From: Candidatus Falkowbacteria bacterium
GTDB taxonomy: Bacteria > Patescibacteriota > Patescibacteriia > CAIXNZ01
DNA length: 64,000 nucleotides
Assembly: GCA_963774955.1 (NCBI GenBank)
Contig: CAVZGV010000004.1
Location: 67,522 to 131,521, forward strand
Direction: 5' to 3'
Each line of letters begins with the position of its first letter. The first letter of the stretch is position 1. The notes beneath the pieces were generated by a model. The model worked only from the letters and a program-made list of their open reading frames with translations, did no database searches and was not told where the DNA came from. Positions 49,849 to 59,447 of the stretch are shown here, one piece after another. A program made the position numbers and the translations under genes.

Positions 49849-50386
49849 ATTTGGCTCCTTTCTTAGATAAAATGTACAGAATAATACCTAAACACAATGT
49901 TTTGGGATTAATTAGTATATCATATTTTACCGATTTGTCAAGTCAATAACATTGACACAAAGTTTTCCCCAGTAGATACTTTTATATTATACATTAGCCT
50001 GCTAAACTATAATTAAAGGGGGAAATTGGTTCCTCCTAACTAAAAACCGAGGAGGTAAGTCTTGAGAAATGGCCATTTGCGTTCGCGGGCTCGAATGTAT
50101 CAGAACATGAAGTATGCGGCATCAAAGCGACAGCAAAAAGGGAACCATCTCAAAACAAGGAGGTTTTAGAAACCGAGAAACCAAAACAAGGGGGTATTTA
50201 ATGAAAAAGATCGGATGCCAACCCCGAAAGATTCTCAACGTTCAAAACAGAAATTGCCCGGTAGGGTAAAGGAGGTGATCCAATCTAGGGGCGATCCCCC
50301 CATTGGGCCTATAGATATCTAAAAAATATCTATGGTTACCTGATGTCCAATAGAAAGGATGTACCACCTATTTTTCCGCTCAATCA

Positions 50387-50420
50387 TAAAAGCCGTCCCG
50401 TACGCGGGGCGGCTTTTTCT
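50387..50420. terminator. Bidirectional terminator-like hairpin; identical 34-bp copy at 51220-51253
   Basis: TAAAAGCCGTCCCGTACGCGGGGCGGCTTTTTCT occurs twice. Confidence 0.85.
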
Positions 50421-50511
50421 TGACTTTATTCAATATTATTGTTAATTTTGACTCAGATTTACATGTGCTCTTTTGCATCATACATTTGGACTTTTCCAAA
50501 GGAGGAAAAAA

Positions 50512-51216
50512 ATGAAAAAGAATCTTGGCGTTGCAGGTTTGATCATGGCGTTGCTGATATTTTTCACTAGCACTGCCATGGCCCAGGAACAAGCCAATCC
50601 GGCAAAATTTGGCTTCAAAGTCAATATTGGCTTCGCGGTTGAAGCCTATTATCTAATGATGGATATTCCCAACGAAGTGCTGACAGTGCCTGCCAATCCG
50701 GCTGACAGCTCCACAGGTTCTACCAGCACTGAATTACCTTCAAGTATTAATTATGCCGTTAAGCTAAATCTGAGGGCATATTTCTTCGGCACTGAGGATA
50801 TTCAGCTTTACGGCGGAGTTGACTTTGGCATCAGCCCCGTAGTGACAGGTTATCGCCAGGGAATCTATGCCACTGAACTTTCTAACTACGGTGGCGAATC
50901 ATATGCCTATAGTCAGCTGATTCCGTCCAATTACTCAATTGCGCCTGTACTGGGGCTCCAATATTACCTGCTTGTCTTTGAGGTAAGCTTCCCCAATACA
51001 AGTTTTACCTTGGAGACAGGTAATGATCGCTGGGGCAGTTGGGAAAAAGTCAACAGCTTTGAATGGCAAGGCTTTGGCCAAAGGTATATGCTGGGCTTTA
51101 ATGTTTTGGATGATTTTCAACTCGGCCTTTACTATGAGCATTATCAGCCTGACTTTGACGGTCAGCAGTCGGACTTCAACATCATTGGTCTGAGACTAGC
51201 CTACTATTTTCTATAA
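50512..51216 (+). CDS. Secreted protein resembling an outer-membrane beta-barrel
   Basis: Signal peptide ending AMA-Q; alternating strands; C-terminus GLRLAYYFL. Confidence 0.65.
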   Translation: MKKNLGVAGLIMALLIFFTSTAMAQEQANPAKFGFKVNIGFAVEAYYLMMDIPNEVLTVPANPADSSTGSTSTELPSSINYAVKLNLRAYFFGTEDIQLYGGVDFGISPVVTGYRQGIYATELSNYGGESYAYSQLIPSNYSIAPVLGLQYYLLVFEVSFPNTSFTLETGNDRWGSWEKVNSFEWQGFGQRYMLGFNVLDDFQLGLYYEHYQPDFDGQQSDFNIIGLRLAYYFL

Positions 51217-51464
51217 ATTTAAAAGCCGTCCCGTACGCGGGGCGGCTTTTTCTATTTATTTGGAAAATGTTTTTACAAACGTCCTACAGATTCCCTTGAA
51301 GTAATCAGTGCAGTCTTCTTCAGGTACCAGCTGATAAAGACGACTCCATTTTTCTTTCGGAGAAGCAGGGGAGAGCATAACCAGATAAATCTGGCCCAGC
51401 GCTTACTGAGCGATTTTAAAATTCTGTGGCAACTTTATATAGCCTAATATAACTTCATATAACT

Positions 51465-52683
51465 TTATACAACCTTTTCAAATATAATAATTGAACGCCA
51501 GACAAATTGTTTTTCCCTAAAGTATAAAAGATCTTCTTGATTTGTTGGCTGAAAGCCCAACTTTTCAATTTGCGTTAAAATTTCAATTTTACTTTGATGA
51601 TTTCTGAGATTATAAATCGGGAAAACCATAACCACTTTACCGCCCTTGACCAAGACTTTACTGAATTGCACAAAAGCCTCTAAATATAAGGACTCCAGTA
51701 TTTGAACAGTATTTTCAATCTGTTCCCGACTTTCATTGCCTCTGACCGGCGGCCCCAAAAACGGTTCGGTTACAATCGCCTCAATTGAATTAGCCTTAAA
51801 TTTTAAACTCAAATCCTTAACATCCAACTTCATTACTTTAGACTTTTCCGCCGAAGGCGGATCCGCCTCTGGCGGAAGACTTTCTACTTTAGACTTATTT
51901 AAAAGCCAGTCCAAATTTTTCTTTGTATCCTCAATCGCCCTGTCACTGTTATCCGTTCCAATTAAATTTCTATAACCCAAAACAATCGCTTCCTGCAAAA
52001 TCGTGCCTGAACCGCAAAACGGATCCAGAATCACAGCTTCAGGTTTAACCTGCGCCAAATTAATCATCATGCGCGCCAGTTTTGGCGGCAACATGCCGGA
52101 AACCTGATCCCGGCCAGGGCGGCTAAAATCACGACTGCCAAATTCTTCAAAAGCCTGCACAGCCAAGGTCTGGCCCATGGTAACGATTCCCTGATCAATA
52201 AAAAAACAAAGTTCAGCTCCGTTTTTAAGTAATTTATTCTTGGCTACAATAACTGAAGATAATTCCGGTTCTTTGGCCACCACATAACGGGAACTGATAT
52301 TTTTTTCATCGCGTAAAATTGATTTGATTTCCATGGCAATGGCAGTCATCTTTTTTTGAATAGCCTGAATATTCATCTTTGGTGATAGGGGATAGAAGCT
52401 AAAGCCAAAATAAAACTTGGCTTGTTCAAATTTAACCAGCTTAAAGAAATTATCCTGAAATTCATCAAGGTCCCCCATAGTCGCCAAAATCTTGCCGATC
52501 TTAACTGTCCCGCCCAAACGGCTGTTTAGCCAATTCAATATCCAGCTCGTTCTCTGTTTCTAAAACCAAAATCCTATCATAAAACTTTATGACTTTATAA
52601 CTTATAGCTTTCGAAGCCAAGACTGCTTCGATTTCGGCTTTGGATAATATGGGGTTTTTTCCAAGAATGAAAAAATATTGCAT
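51465..52683 (-). pseudogene. Trm11/TrmG10-like RNA methyltransferase with one frameshift near 52533 and an in-frame REP insertion
   Basis: MQYFFILGKNPILSKAEI...DIE | WLNSRLGGTVKIG; GMLPPKLARMMINL, DPFCGSGT, TEPFLG. Confidence 0.8.
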
Positions 52684-52823
52684 ATTGTTTATTTCTAACT
52701 TCCAAATATCAAGCATCAAATCTCAAATAAATTACAGTGATCAAATTACAAATTACAAACATTTGTTATTTATTATTTGAAATTTGAGATTTATTTGCAA
52801 TTTGGACTTTGTTATTTGTTCTT

Positions 52824-53636
52824 TTATAGTGGGCTCTTAATGTTTTTTAAAGCTAAATTGGTCAGATGAGTATAAATTTGCGTTGTTCTGATATTAGCAT
52901 GGCCAAGCAGTTCCTGTACATAGCGAACATCCACGCCGTTTTCCAGCAGGTGAGTGGCAAAGCTATGGCGCAGGGAATGAAAAGTGGCATCATTTTTTAT
53001 CCCAACTTTTTCTTTTGCTCGTTCAAAAATAATCTGCGCTGTTCGTTCAGTCAGATGGCCACCGCGTTCGCTGGTGATTAAATAATCATCGGCTTGTTTC
53101 CCGGCCATGAACTGTGTTATCTGATCTTTCAATTTATCAGGAATAATGGTAATTCTATCTTTTTGGCCCTTGGCCTGGCGGATATTTAATTGCAAGCCAG
53201 GCAAATCAATATCTTTTATTTTCAATCTGATAATCTCTGAAACCCGCAAACCGGCGCCGTAAGTTAAGGCAATCATCAGGCGATGTTTAGGATTGGCTAT
53301 TGATTCAATAATTTTGGCGATATCTTCCCTTGAAAGTATAACCGGCAAACGCTTGGGTTTTTTGGAATATTTGAGATTCAGTTTAAAAGGGACTTTGACG
53401 ATATTTTCGTAAAAAAATTTAATGGCATTGAGGTAAACATTTATGGTCTGCCCGGCCAAACCCGCGTCTTTTTTCTTGATTAAATATTCCTTAACCTTAA
53501 ATTCATCATATTTATCATAATTTTCGCCAAGATAGGCAAAATAATCCTTCAGGCACCCCAAATAACTATCAACCGTCTGCGGACTGTAATTTCTGTACTT
53601 TAATTCAATTTTTACCTTATCCAAATATTCTTGCAT
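52824..53636 (-). CDS. Tyrosine recombinase (Xer/IntI-like, 270 aa) without the IntI-specific insertion
   Basis: RNYS..T..SY N-domain, GAGLRVSE, KGQKDR, HSLRHSFATH, LGH, TQIY. Confidence 0.93.
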   Translation of the reverse strand: MQEYLDKVKIELKYRNYSPQTVDSYLGCLKDYFAYLGENYDKYDEFKVKEYLIKKKDAGLAGQTINVYLNAIKFFYENIVKVPFKLNLKYSKKPKRLPVILSREDIAKIIESIANPKHRLMIALTYGAGLRVSEIIRLKIKDIDLPGLQLNIRQAKGQKDRITIIPDKLKDQITQFMAGKQADDYLITSERGGHLTERTAQIIFERAKEKVGIKNDATFHSLRHSFATHLLENGVDVRYVQELLGHANIRTTQIYTHLTNLALKNIKSPL

Positions 53637-53673
53637 TAAGGGGTTTTTTATAATAAGATTAAAGTAATTAAAT

Positions 53674-53754
53674 TATATCATACAACTCGTTTCTGTCGCC
53701 AAATCGCGCATCAAAAACGAAATGTATGCGCATAGAAACGAGTTATATGAAATA
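53674..53754. mobile_element. Integrase-proximal inverted repeat, candidate attI-like site
   Basis: TATATCATACAACTCGTTTCT ... AGAAACGAGTTATATGAAATA; GTT at 53742. Confidence 0.6.
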
Positions 53755-53829
53755 TGCTTTTCTTTTTTCGGCTATAACCCGAATCGGGTAAAAATCTTTC
53801 AATTTAATTCCTTCGACTATTTCTAATTT

Positions 53830-54555
53830 ATGTTAGAAAATTTTGAATCAAAAGCTCCTGATTATCAGGTAGAACATCTTCCAGACTCCGATATTGTATT
53901 AAATATGAACTATGGTGGGTTCGATGACCAGGCGCATCTATTAGAAACACTTAGGGGATCGGGTAGTATTGATGACAAAATTGATCAGTTTAAAAAAAAG
54001 CGTGAGGAAGACAGCAAGCTACAGTATTTTATTAAACAGAAAAAATATACAGCCAAAGCAATATCTGAAGGTATCGCCAAGCGACAAGGATTTGAAAGCG
54101 CCGCAGAGATTGGTTTACGTAGTGTGCTTAATGAAATACTTTTATCGAAGAGAATAAAAGAAATTATTGCAACGGACGAGGCTCAGGAGATTGTCAGAAA
54201 GCACGGTTTTGGGGGGCTTCGCTTTGTCATGCCAATTGCCGGTGTTATCGCAAGGGATGGCAGAAAATTCTTAGTTTACAAGAACATTAAGTCTAAAGAA
54301 GTTTATGAATTCGAATCAGAGGGTTCATTCGATCTTAATTACGGGTTACCAACTGAAGTTAGGGATGATATTGAAAGCAAACTAAGGAACTTATACTCCA
54401 TAGCTGCAGAATTAGACAAAGTGTTTTTTGATAACGGGATCCATGCCAACGATATTAGAGATAATCAATTTATGTTGACCAAACAAGGTGACAAGTACCT
54501 TTTAAATTTGATCGATGTAGAGGCTTATCGAAAACGAACTCGGTCGGTCGAATAA
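53830..54555 (+). CDS. Cassette gene: hypothetical, possible kinase-like C-terminus
   Basis: IHANDIRDNQFML...LIDVE. Confidence 0.6.
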   Translation: MLENFESKAPDYQVEHLPDSDIVLNMNYGGFDDQAHLLETLRGSGSIDDKIDQFKKKREEDSKLQYFIKQKKYTAKAISEGIAKRQGFESAAEIGLRSVLNEILLSKRIKEIIATDEAQEIVRKHGFGGLRFVMPIAGVIARDGRKFLVYKNIKSKEVYEFESEGSFDLNYGLPTEVRDDIESKLRNLYSIAAELDKVFFDNGIHANDIRDNQFMLTKQGDKYLLNLIDVEAYRKRTRSVE

Positions 54556-54705
54556 TTAATTATTCATGAGAAATGTTGGATTCCAGATCGCTAAGAGAAG
54601 TAAATTTGAAAGATTTTTTACCCGCATCCCGTTGCGGCGGGAAAAAAGAAAAGAATACATCGCTTGTGATATAATTTATTTACCAAATATTTAACCAATA
54701 TAACG

Positions 54706-56136
54706 ATGAAATCACCAGAACAAGGGCTTAACCCGGAAGGTAAATCTATTGAGGTAGAGAAAACGGAAGTGCTCCGTAATGAGTATAAAAACCTAATGGG
54801 TGACTACCAAAGACTATACAGGGAAATAATAAAACTTGAACGGAAACATCCACTAGAACGTCGAGATGAGGCTGTTCAGTGGGAGATATTGGAAATTGAT
54901 AAGGAGCGCAATCAAATACATCAAAAACTTAATAGAATTGCTGAGCAAGTAGGCAGGACAAAAGAAGATGTTATCGTTGACATGGTCAGGTGGCAAAAAA
55001 GTTTAAAAGAATTTGGATTGCCAGAATTTTCGGTCTTGGATAGTGGTGATATGATAGAATCATTTGGGTCAACGTATTTTAACATTGCACTCCAACTTGA
55101 TCGGCCACAGTTCCATGAAAAAAGGGAAACTGTGTTGGGCGAGCCATTTTTGAAAGGATCTGAAGATGAAGAAAAACACTCTAAACCAGTAATCGCTGAT
55201 GATGAGTTATTGATTGTCTTTTCAATAAATACTATATTACCAAAATTTGGATATCCTAGAGGATATGGCATGCTGGAAGAAAAAAAACCGTTCGATTATG
55301 ACGAAAGAATAGCTAGGGCAAAGAATTTGGCTAAAAAAACGAATGGAAAATTTTTTATTAATACACAAGGCAGTCATCACGAATCAGATGCAAACGTCAT
55401 GGGAGTTGTTATCCCTAAAAAAAACTTAGAAAAAGTGGCTGGGGTCATTCGCAATGATCCAGAAAAGTTTAGGTTAGGAGAACAGTTTTATACAGACTCA
55501 ACGCTACAAGAATTAAGAACGAAGAAAAAGGAAGAGGATATACAACGAGAGAAAGAACTTCAGGAAGATGAAAAGCTATGGAGAAAAGACTTTAATAAGG
55601 AGTATCCACACTTTGCGGAACAATGTAATGAAATCGAGAGTAGTTTCGGTTCTCTATCTCTGTGGGTAGACAACCTACGAGCAATTACTGATAATCCCAG
55701 CACAAAAAGTGTATTACAAAATTACGAGGAATTGCGCAAAAAATATAGAAATCTAAAAACAGCTATAGATGAATACCGATCGGGTCGAAAATCTTGGTAT
55801 AATCTTGCCTTGGACGAAGGAAATCCACCCGCAAATTATTTTAGTGCAAACATCCGTGAGATGGAGTGGATGCTCGCAGAATTATCCAAAGATAAAGAGA
55901 TAGAATTGCTACAAGAAAAAGCAAAACGTCTTAAAGATTGGCGAACTAAGGCTGAGTTTAAAAACTTGGCAAGTAAGTTCTCTGTAAAGAAAGGCGACAT
56001 CATGACAGCTTTAAATAAGCTACAAAAATCGCATCCTGAATGGACTGACAACCGATTAGAACCAAATGGTGATATAGTCAATGTCTATTCACCTGAATTT
56101 TTTGACGCATTAATCAAACAATTGGAAACCAAATGA
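54706..56136 (+). CDS. Cassette gene: large charged hypothetical protein
   Basis: 476-aa ORF with coiled-coil character. Confidence 0.65.
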   Translation: MKSPEQGLNPEGKSIEVEKTEVLRNEYKNLMGDYQRLYREIIKLERKHPLERRDEAVQWEILEIDKERNQIHQKLNRIAEQVGRTKEDVIVDMVRWQKSLKEFGLPEFSVLDSGDMIESFGSTYFNIALQLDRPQFHEKRETVLGEPFLKGSEDEEKHSKPVIADDELLIVFSINTILPKFGYPRGYGMLEEKKPFDYDERIARAKNLAKKTNGKFFINTQGSHHESDANVMGVVIPKKNLEKVAGVIRNDPEKFRLGEQFYTDSTLQELRTKKKEEDIQREKELQEDEKLWRKDFNKEYPHFAEQCNEIESSFGSLSLWVDNLRAITDNPSTKSVLQNYEELRKKYRNLKTAIDEYRSGRKSWYNLALDEGNPPANYFSANIREMEWMLAELSKDKEIELLQEKAKRLKDWRTKAEFKNLASKFSVKKGDIMTALNKLQKSHPEWTDNRLEPNGDIVNVYSPEFFDALIKQLETK

Positions 56137-56299
56137 TTGAAGTGAATTTGTTTTCTGCTAAAGAGAAATAAGGAGTTGGCGGGCCGCAATTCACCCCCTT
56201 TACTTCCCCCTCTTGCGCCCCCACCCAACATTAAAAAAAATAAATTGACCTTGCGGAAAAATTATTTTCTTTCAGAGAATAAAAAGAAAAGCATACATC

Positions 56300-56462
56300 A
56301 TCTAACACAGTATATCTGGCTACGCTTTTAAATAATTAACCAATTAAAAACAGAAAAGTAAACGCAACGCTCCGCCCATATTGTTCGTCTTAAGATAATC
56401 AAGATATACTATAAAATAACTAATTCAAAACGAACAACATCAGATATACTGAAACGTTAGAC
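56300..56462 (+). mobile_element. attC-like site 1
   Basis: ATCTAAC-A-CAGTATATCTG ... CAGATATACTG-AAAC-GTTAGAC. Confidence 0.75.
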
Positions 56463-56542
56463 GAAATAAATTATTCTTATTTTTAATTTTTGTTAATCGA
56501 TTTGACTTCATCTTCTTAATCTTATATAATCTTATATAGCTA

Positions 56543-57619
56543 ATGTATAAGATTATTTTTATGGCTAAAAATAGACTAAGCACAAGAATAGAAAACATCC
56601 CATCTGAAATTTGGTTAAAAATTAACCAAATTGAGACATTAAATGGACAATGGATTTCGGGGGCGAAATTAGATCCCCAAGTATTAGGTCGACTCAAACG
56701 ATCTGTTTTGATTACCTCAACCGGCGCTTCCACCCGCATCGAAGGCGCAATGTTGTCTGACGAAGATATTGAAAAGATGATGCGAGGACTTTCTGTTCAA
56801 AAATTTACGGATCGAGATGTGCAGGAAGTAAAAGGCTATTATGAGCTTTTGAATAATGTATTTGATTCATGGAAACATACCAAATTCAATGAAAGCACAA
56901 TCAAGCATTTTCACAAAGAACTCTTAAAATATACTGAAAAAGACGAAAAACATCGTGGTGAATACAAAAAACAGGAAAACAAAGTCCACATGATCAACGA
57001 AGCAGGTGAATCTGTTGGCGTGCTTTTTGACACCACGCCCGCTTATCTCACCCCGAAAGAAATGCAGGAGCTAACGGAATGGACGAACGATGCATTGGAA
57101 AATAAAAAATATCATCCGCTACTGACGATCGGCAATTTTTTAGTTGAATTTTTGAATATCCACCCATTTGTTGATGGCAATGGCAGAATTTCACGTGTTC
57201 TTACGAATTTATTGTTGCTCAAAAACGGTTATGAATACATGCCGTATGTTTCGCATGAGAAATTGGTAGAGGATAACAAACCGGAATATTACATTGCGCT
57301 TCGCCGAAGTCAAAAAACGGTTAAAAAAGAAAACGAAAATATTACACCTTGGCTAAATTTCTTTTTAGATATCCTTCTGGAACAGTCAAAACGAGCGGTG
57401 GAATTGCTGTCAAAAGAGAATATTGAGAAACTCCTTTCGCCCAAACAACTGGCTGTTTGGCAGTTTTTAAATACTGTAAATGAAGCCTCTCCAGCAGAAA
57501 TTTCCAAAACAACAAAAGTCGCAAGGCCAACTATCAATCAGGCGGTTGATAAATTATTACGGCTGAAAAAAATTGAACGCATTGGATTAGGAAGAGCCAC
57601 AAGATATAGAAAGATATGA
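56543..57619 (+). CDS. Fic-domain protein with C-terminal wHTH
   Basis: HPFVDGNGRISR; N-terminal STRIEG inhibitory motif. Confidence 0.93.
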   Translation: MYKIIFMAKNRLSTRIENIPSEIWLKINQIETLNGQWISGAKLDPQVLGRLKRSVLITSTGASTRIEGAMLSDEDIEKMMRGLSVQKFTDRDVQEVKGYYELLNNVFDSWKHTKFNESTIKHFHKELLKYTEKDEKHRGEYKKQENKVHMINEAGESVGVLFDTTPAYLTPKEMQELTEWTNDALENKKYHPLLTIGNFLVEFLNIHPFVDGNGRISRVLTNLLLLKNGYEYMPYVSHEKLVEDNKPEYYIALRRSQKTVKKENENITPWLNFFLDILLEQSKRAVELLSKENIEKLLSPKQLAVWQFLNTVNEASPAEISKTTKVARPTINQAVDKLLRLKKIERIGLGRATRYRKI

Positions 57620-57743
57620 ACAAACCGACTTGGCAGGGTCGCAATTCATTGCTTTTATTCCCCTCTTGCGCCACCGCCAAATGGAATCAAAATTCGCCTT
57701 TAAATAATCGAAGAAAAATTGAAAAATGAAAATAATTTAAATC

Positions 57744-57831
57744 CGATAACAGCGTGTATGCAGTTCGGGCTTTCCCCGAAAGCCTTCTCCCATATTGCTA
57801 AAGCAACATCGCATACACGCGAACGTTAAGT
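57744..57831 (+). mobile_element. attC-like site 2
   Basis: CGATAAC-A-GCGTGTATGC ... GCATACACGC-GAAC-GTTAAGT. Confidence 0.75.
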
Positions 57832-57891
57832 GAAATATTTGGGCTGCTAAATTAAAACAACCGATTTCTTTTTTTAAAGAGTAAACAAAGT

Positions 57892-58716
57892 ATGCAAAGT
57901 AAAAATGATAATACATTATTCAAGGGAGCAGCTTGGTATTACGCAAATTTTAGACGTGGATATCCAGAATCTTTTTATAATCACTTAATAAAAGTTTTCA
58001 AACTTGATAAATCGTCAAGGGCACTAGATTTAGGAACTGGCACAGGTCAAATCGCAATTCCTTTATCAAAGATAGTCAAAGAAGTCGTCGCTGTTGATCC
58101 TGACGAGGAAATGCTAAACGAGGGTAATACTATCGCTAAATTAAAAGGAGTTTCAAATATTATTTGGACAAAATCACGAGCCGAGGATATATCAAATAAA
58201 TTAGGTCATTTTGATATAACGACAATGGGAGCTTCCTTTCATTGGATGGAACAAGATAAGGTACTGGAAAAAATTTACGACCTTACAAATGACCACGGAG
58301 GGGTTGTTCTAGTTTCAAATACCTCATCAATTCATAGGAATAAGGGTAATGATGCATGGAAAGAGGTTGTTTTAGCGACAATTGAAAAGTATCTTGGAAA
58401 GCAACGTAAAGCTGGTAAAGGATATTTTAAGGAACCAAATGATAGATTTGAAGATATTCTAGAGCGCTCAAAGTTTAAGGTGCTAAAAACTTTTAATGAT
58501 AGATACACTCAAGAATGGAATATTGACACTATCATTGGATTTTTATACTCGACCTCCTTTGCATCCAAACGATTCTTTGGTGACAATATTGAGAATTTTG
58601 AAAATGAATTACGTTCAAATTTGTTAAAGTTAAATAAAACCGGTAAATTTACTGAAACAGCAGTTCTAGAAGCATTACTCGGACAAAAAAACAAAAGAAA
58701 TTTGAAAATTTTTTAA
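57892..58716 (+). CDS. Class I SAM-dependent methyltransferase
   Basis: LDLGTGTG, AVDPD.EML, AED, SFHWM. Confidence 0.9.
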   Translation: MQSKNDNTLFKGAAWYYANFRRGYPESFYNHLIKVFKLDKSSRALDLGTGTGQIAIPLSKIVKEVVAVDPDEEMLNEGNTIAKLKGVSNIIWTKSRAEDISNKLGHFDITTMGASFHWMEQDKVLEKIYDLTNDHGGVVLVSNTSSIHRNKGNDAWKEVVLATIEKYLGKQRKAGKGYFKEPNDRFEDILERSKFKVLKTFNDRYTQEWNIDTIIGFLYSTSFASKRFFGDNIENFENELRSNLLKLNKTGKFTETAVLEALLGQKNKRNLKIF

Positions 58717-58755
58717 AACAATCCGCCTTTGGCGGAAAAAGAAAAGGAATACATC

Positions 58756-58842
58756 AGCTAATACGGCGTATCTGGCTACGGCTTTTTTCAAAAACCTTCG
58801 CCCAAATAGCTGTGCAACTACAGATATGCCGAAACGTTCAGT
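58756..58842 (+). mobile_element. attC-like site 3 (degenerate cores)
   Basis: AGCTAAT-A-CGGCGTATCTG ... CAGATATGCCG-AAAC-GTTCAGT. Confidence 0.65.
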
Positions 58843-58876
58843 AAAAACTAAAGGAGTTGTTCACGAGCGACTCCTC

Positions 58877-58923
58877 TTGACAGAAATAGTCAAATTGCTA
58901 TAATTGTAATACAATGTATTACA
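58877..58923 (+). promoter_or_regulatory. TA promoter with palindromic operator
   Basis: TTGACA-16-TATAAT followed by TGTAATACA-A-TGTATTACA. Confidence 0.8.
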
Positions 58924-58937
58924 ATTAATTTATCTCT

Positions 58938-59153
58938 ATGAGACAAGTAATTAACATCTCTTTGCCTCAACAAACAGTCCAGGAAGTTAAATCTGCCGTT
59001 AAAAGAGGCAATTATCTTAGCGTTAGTGAATTTTTTCGTGATCTATTAAGAGACTGGCAGTCTGGTAATCTTCTTAAAGAATTAAACCAAAGCAGAGAAG
59101 AAATCAAAGCCGGCAAGGGCAAAACTTTAAAATCCTTAAAGGATTTGAGTTGA
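58938..59153 (+). CDS. RHH antitoxin
   Basis: INISLP...V..G.Y.SVSEFFRDLLR. Confidence 0.85.
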   Translation: MRQVINISLPQQTVQEVKSAVKRGNYLSVSEFFRDLLRDWQSGNLLKELNQSREEIKAGKGKTLKSLKDLS

Positions 59154-59159
59154 TCTTTT

Positions 59160-59417
59160 ATGGACATAGTTTATTCCTCAAAATTTGCCCGTGAATACAG
59201 GAAATTGCCTAAGAATGTTAAGATAAAGGCAGAAGAGCACGAAACAATATTCAGACAAAATCCTCATGATCCGAAATTAAACACGCACAAACTTCATGGC
59301 AGACTTATAGAATTCTGGTCTTTTTCAATCGGTAATAAATACCGGATTATTTTTGAATTTGGCAACGACAATATAATCTACTTTCATTCAGTAGGTAATC
59401 ATAATATTTACCAATAA
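59160..59417 (+). CDS. RelE/YafQ-family toxin
   Basis: YSSKF.REYRKL, HKLHG.L..WSFSI..YRIIF, VGNH.IY. Confidence 0.88.
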   Translation: MDIVYSSKFAREYRKLPKNVKIKAEEHETIFRQNPHDPKLNTHKLHGRLIEFWSFSIGNKYRIIFEFGNDNIIYFHSVGNHNIYQ

Positions 59418-59420
59418 ACA

Positions 59421-59447
59421 AACTTCGCATACGCCGAAACGTTAGCT
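59421..59447 (+). mobile_element. Right half of an attC-like site
   Basis: AACTTCGCATACGCCG-AAAC-GTTAGCT; no left arm after the toxin gene. Confidence 0.6.

Noticed and set aside
52824-53636. Prophage integrase or housekeeping XerC/D
   Set aside because: No phage genes nearby, and the protein is adjacent to repeated cassette-like sites. A Xer role cannot be formally excluded, so no gene symbol was given.
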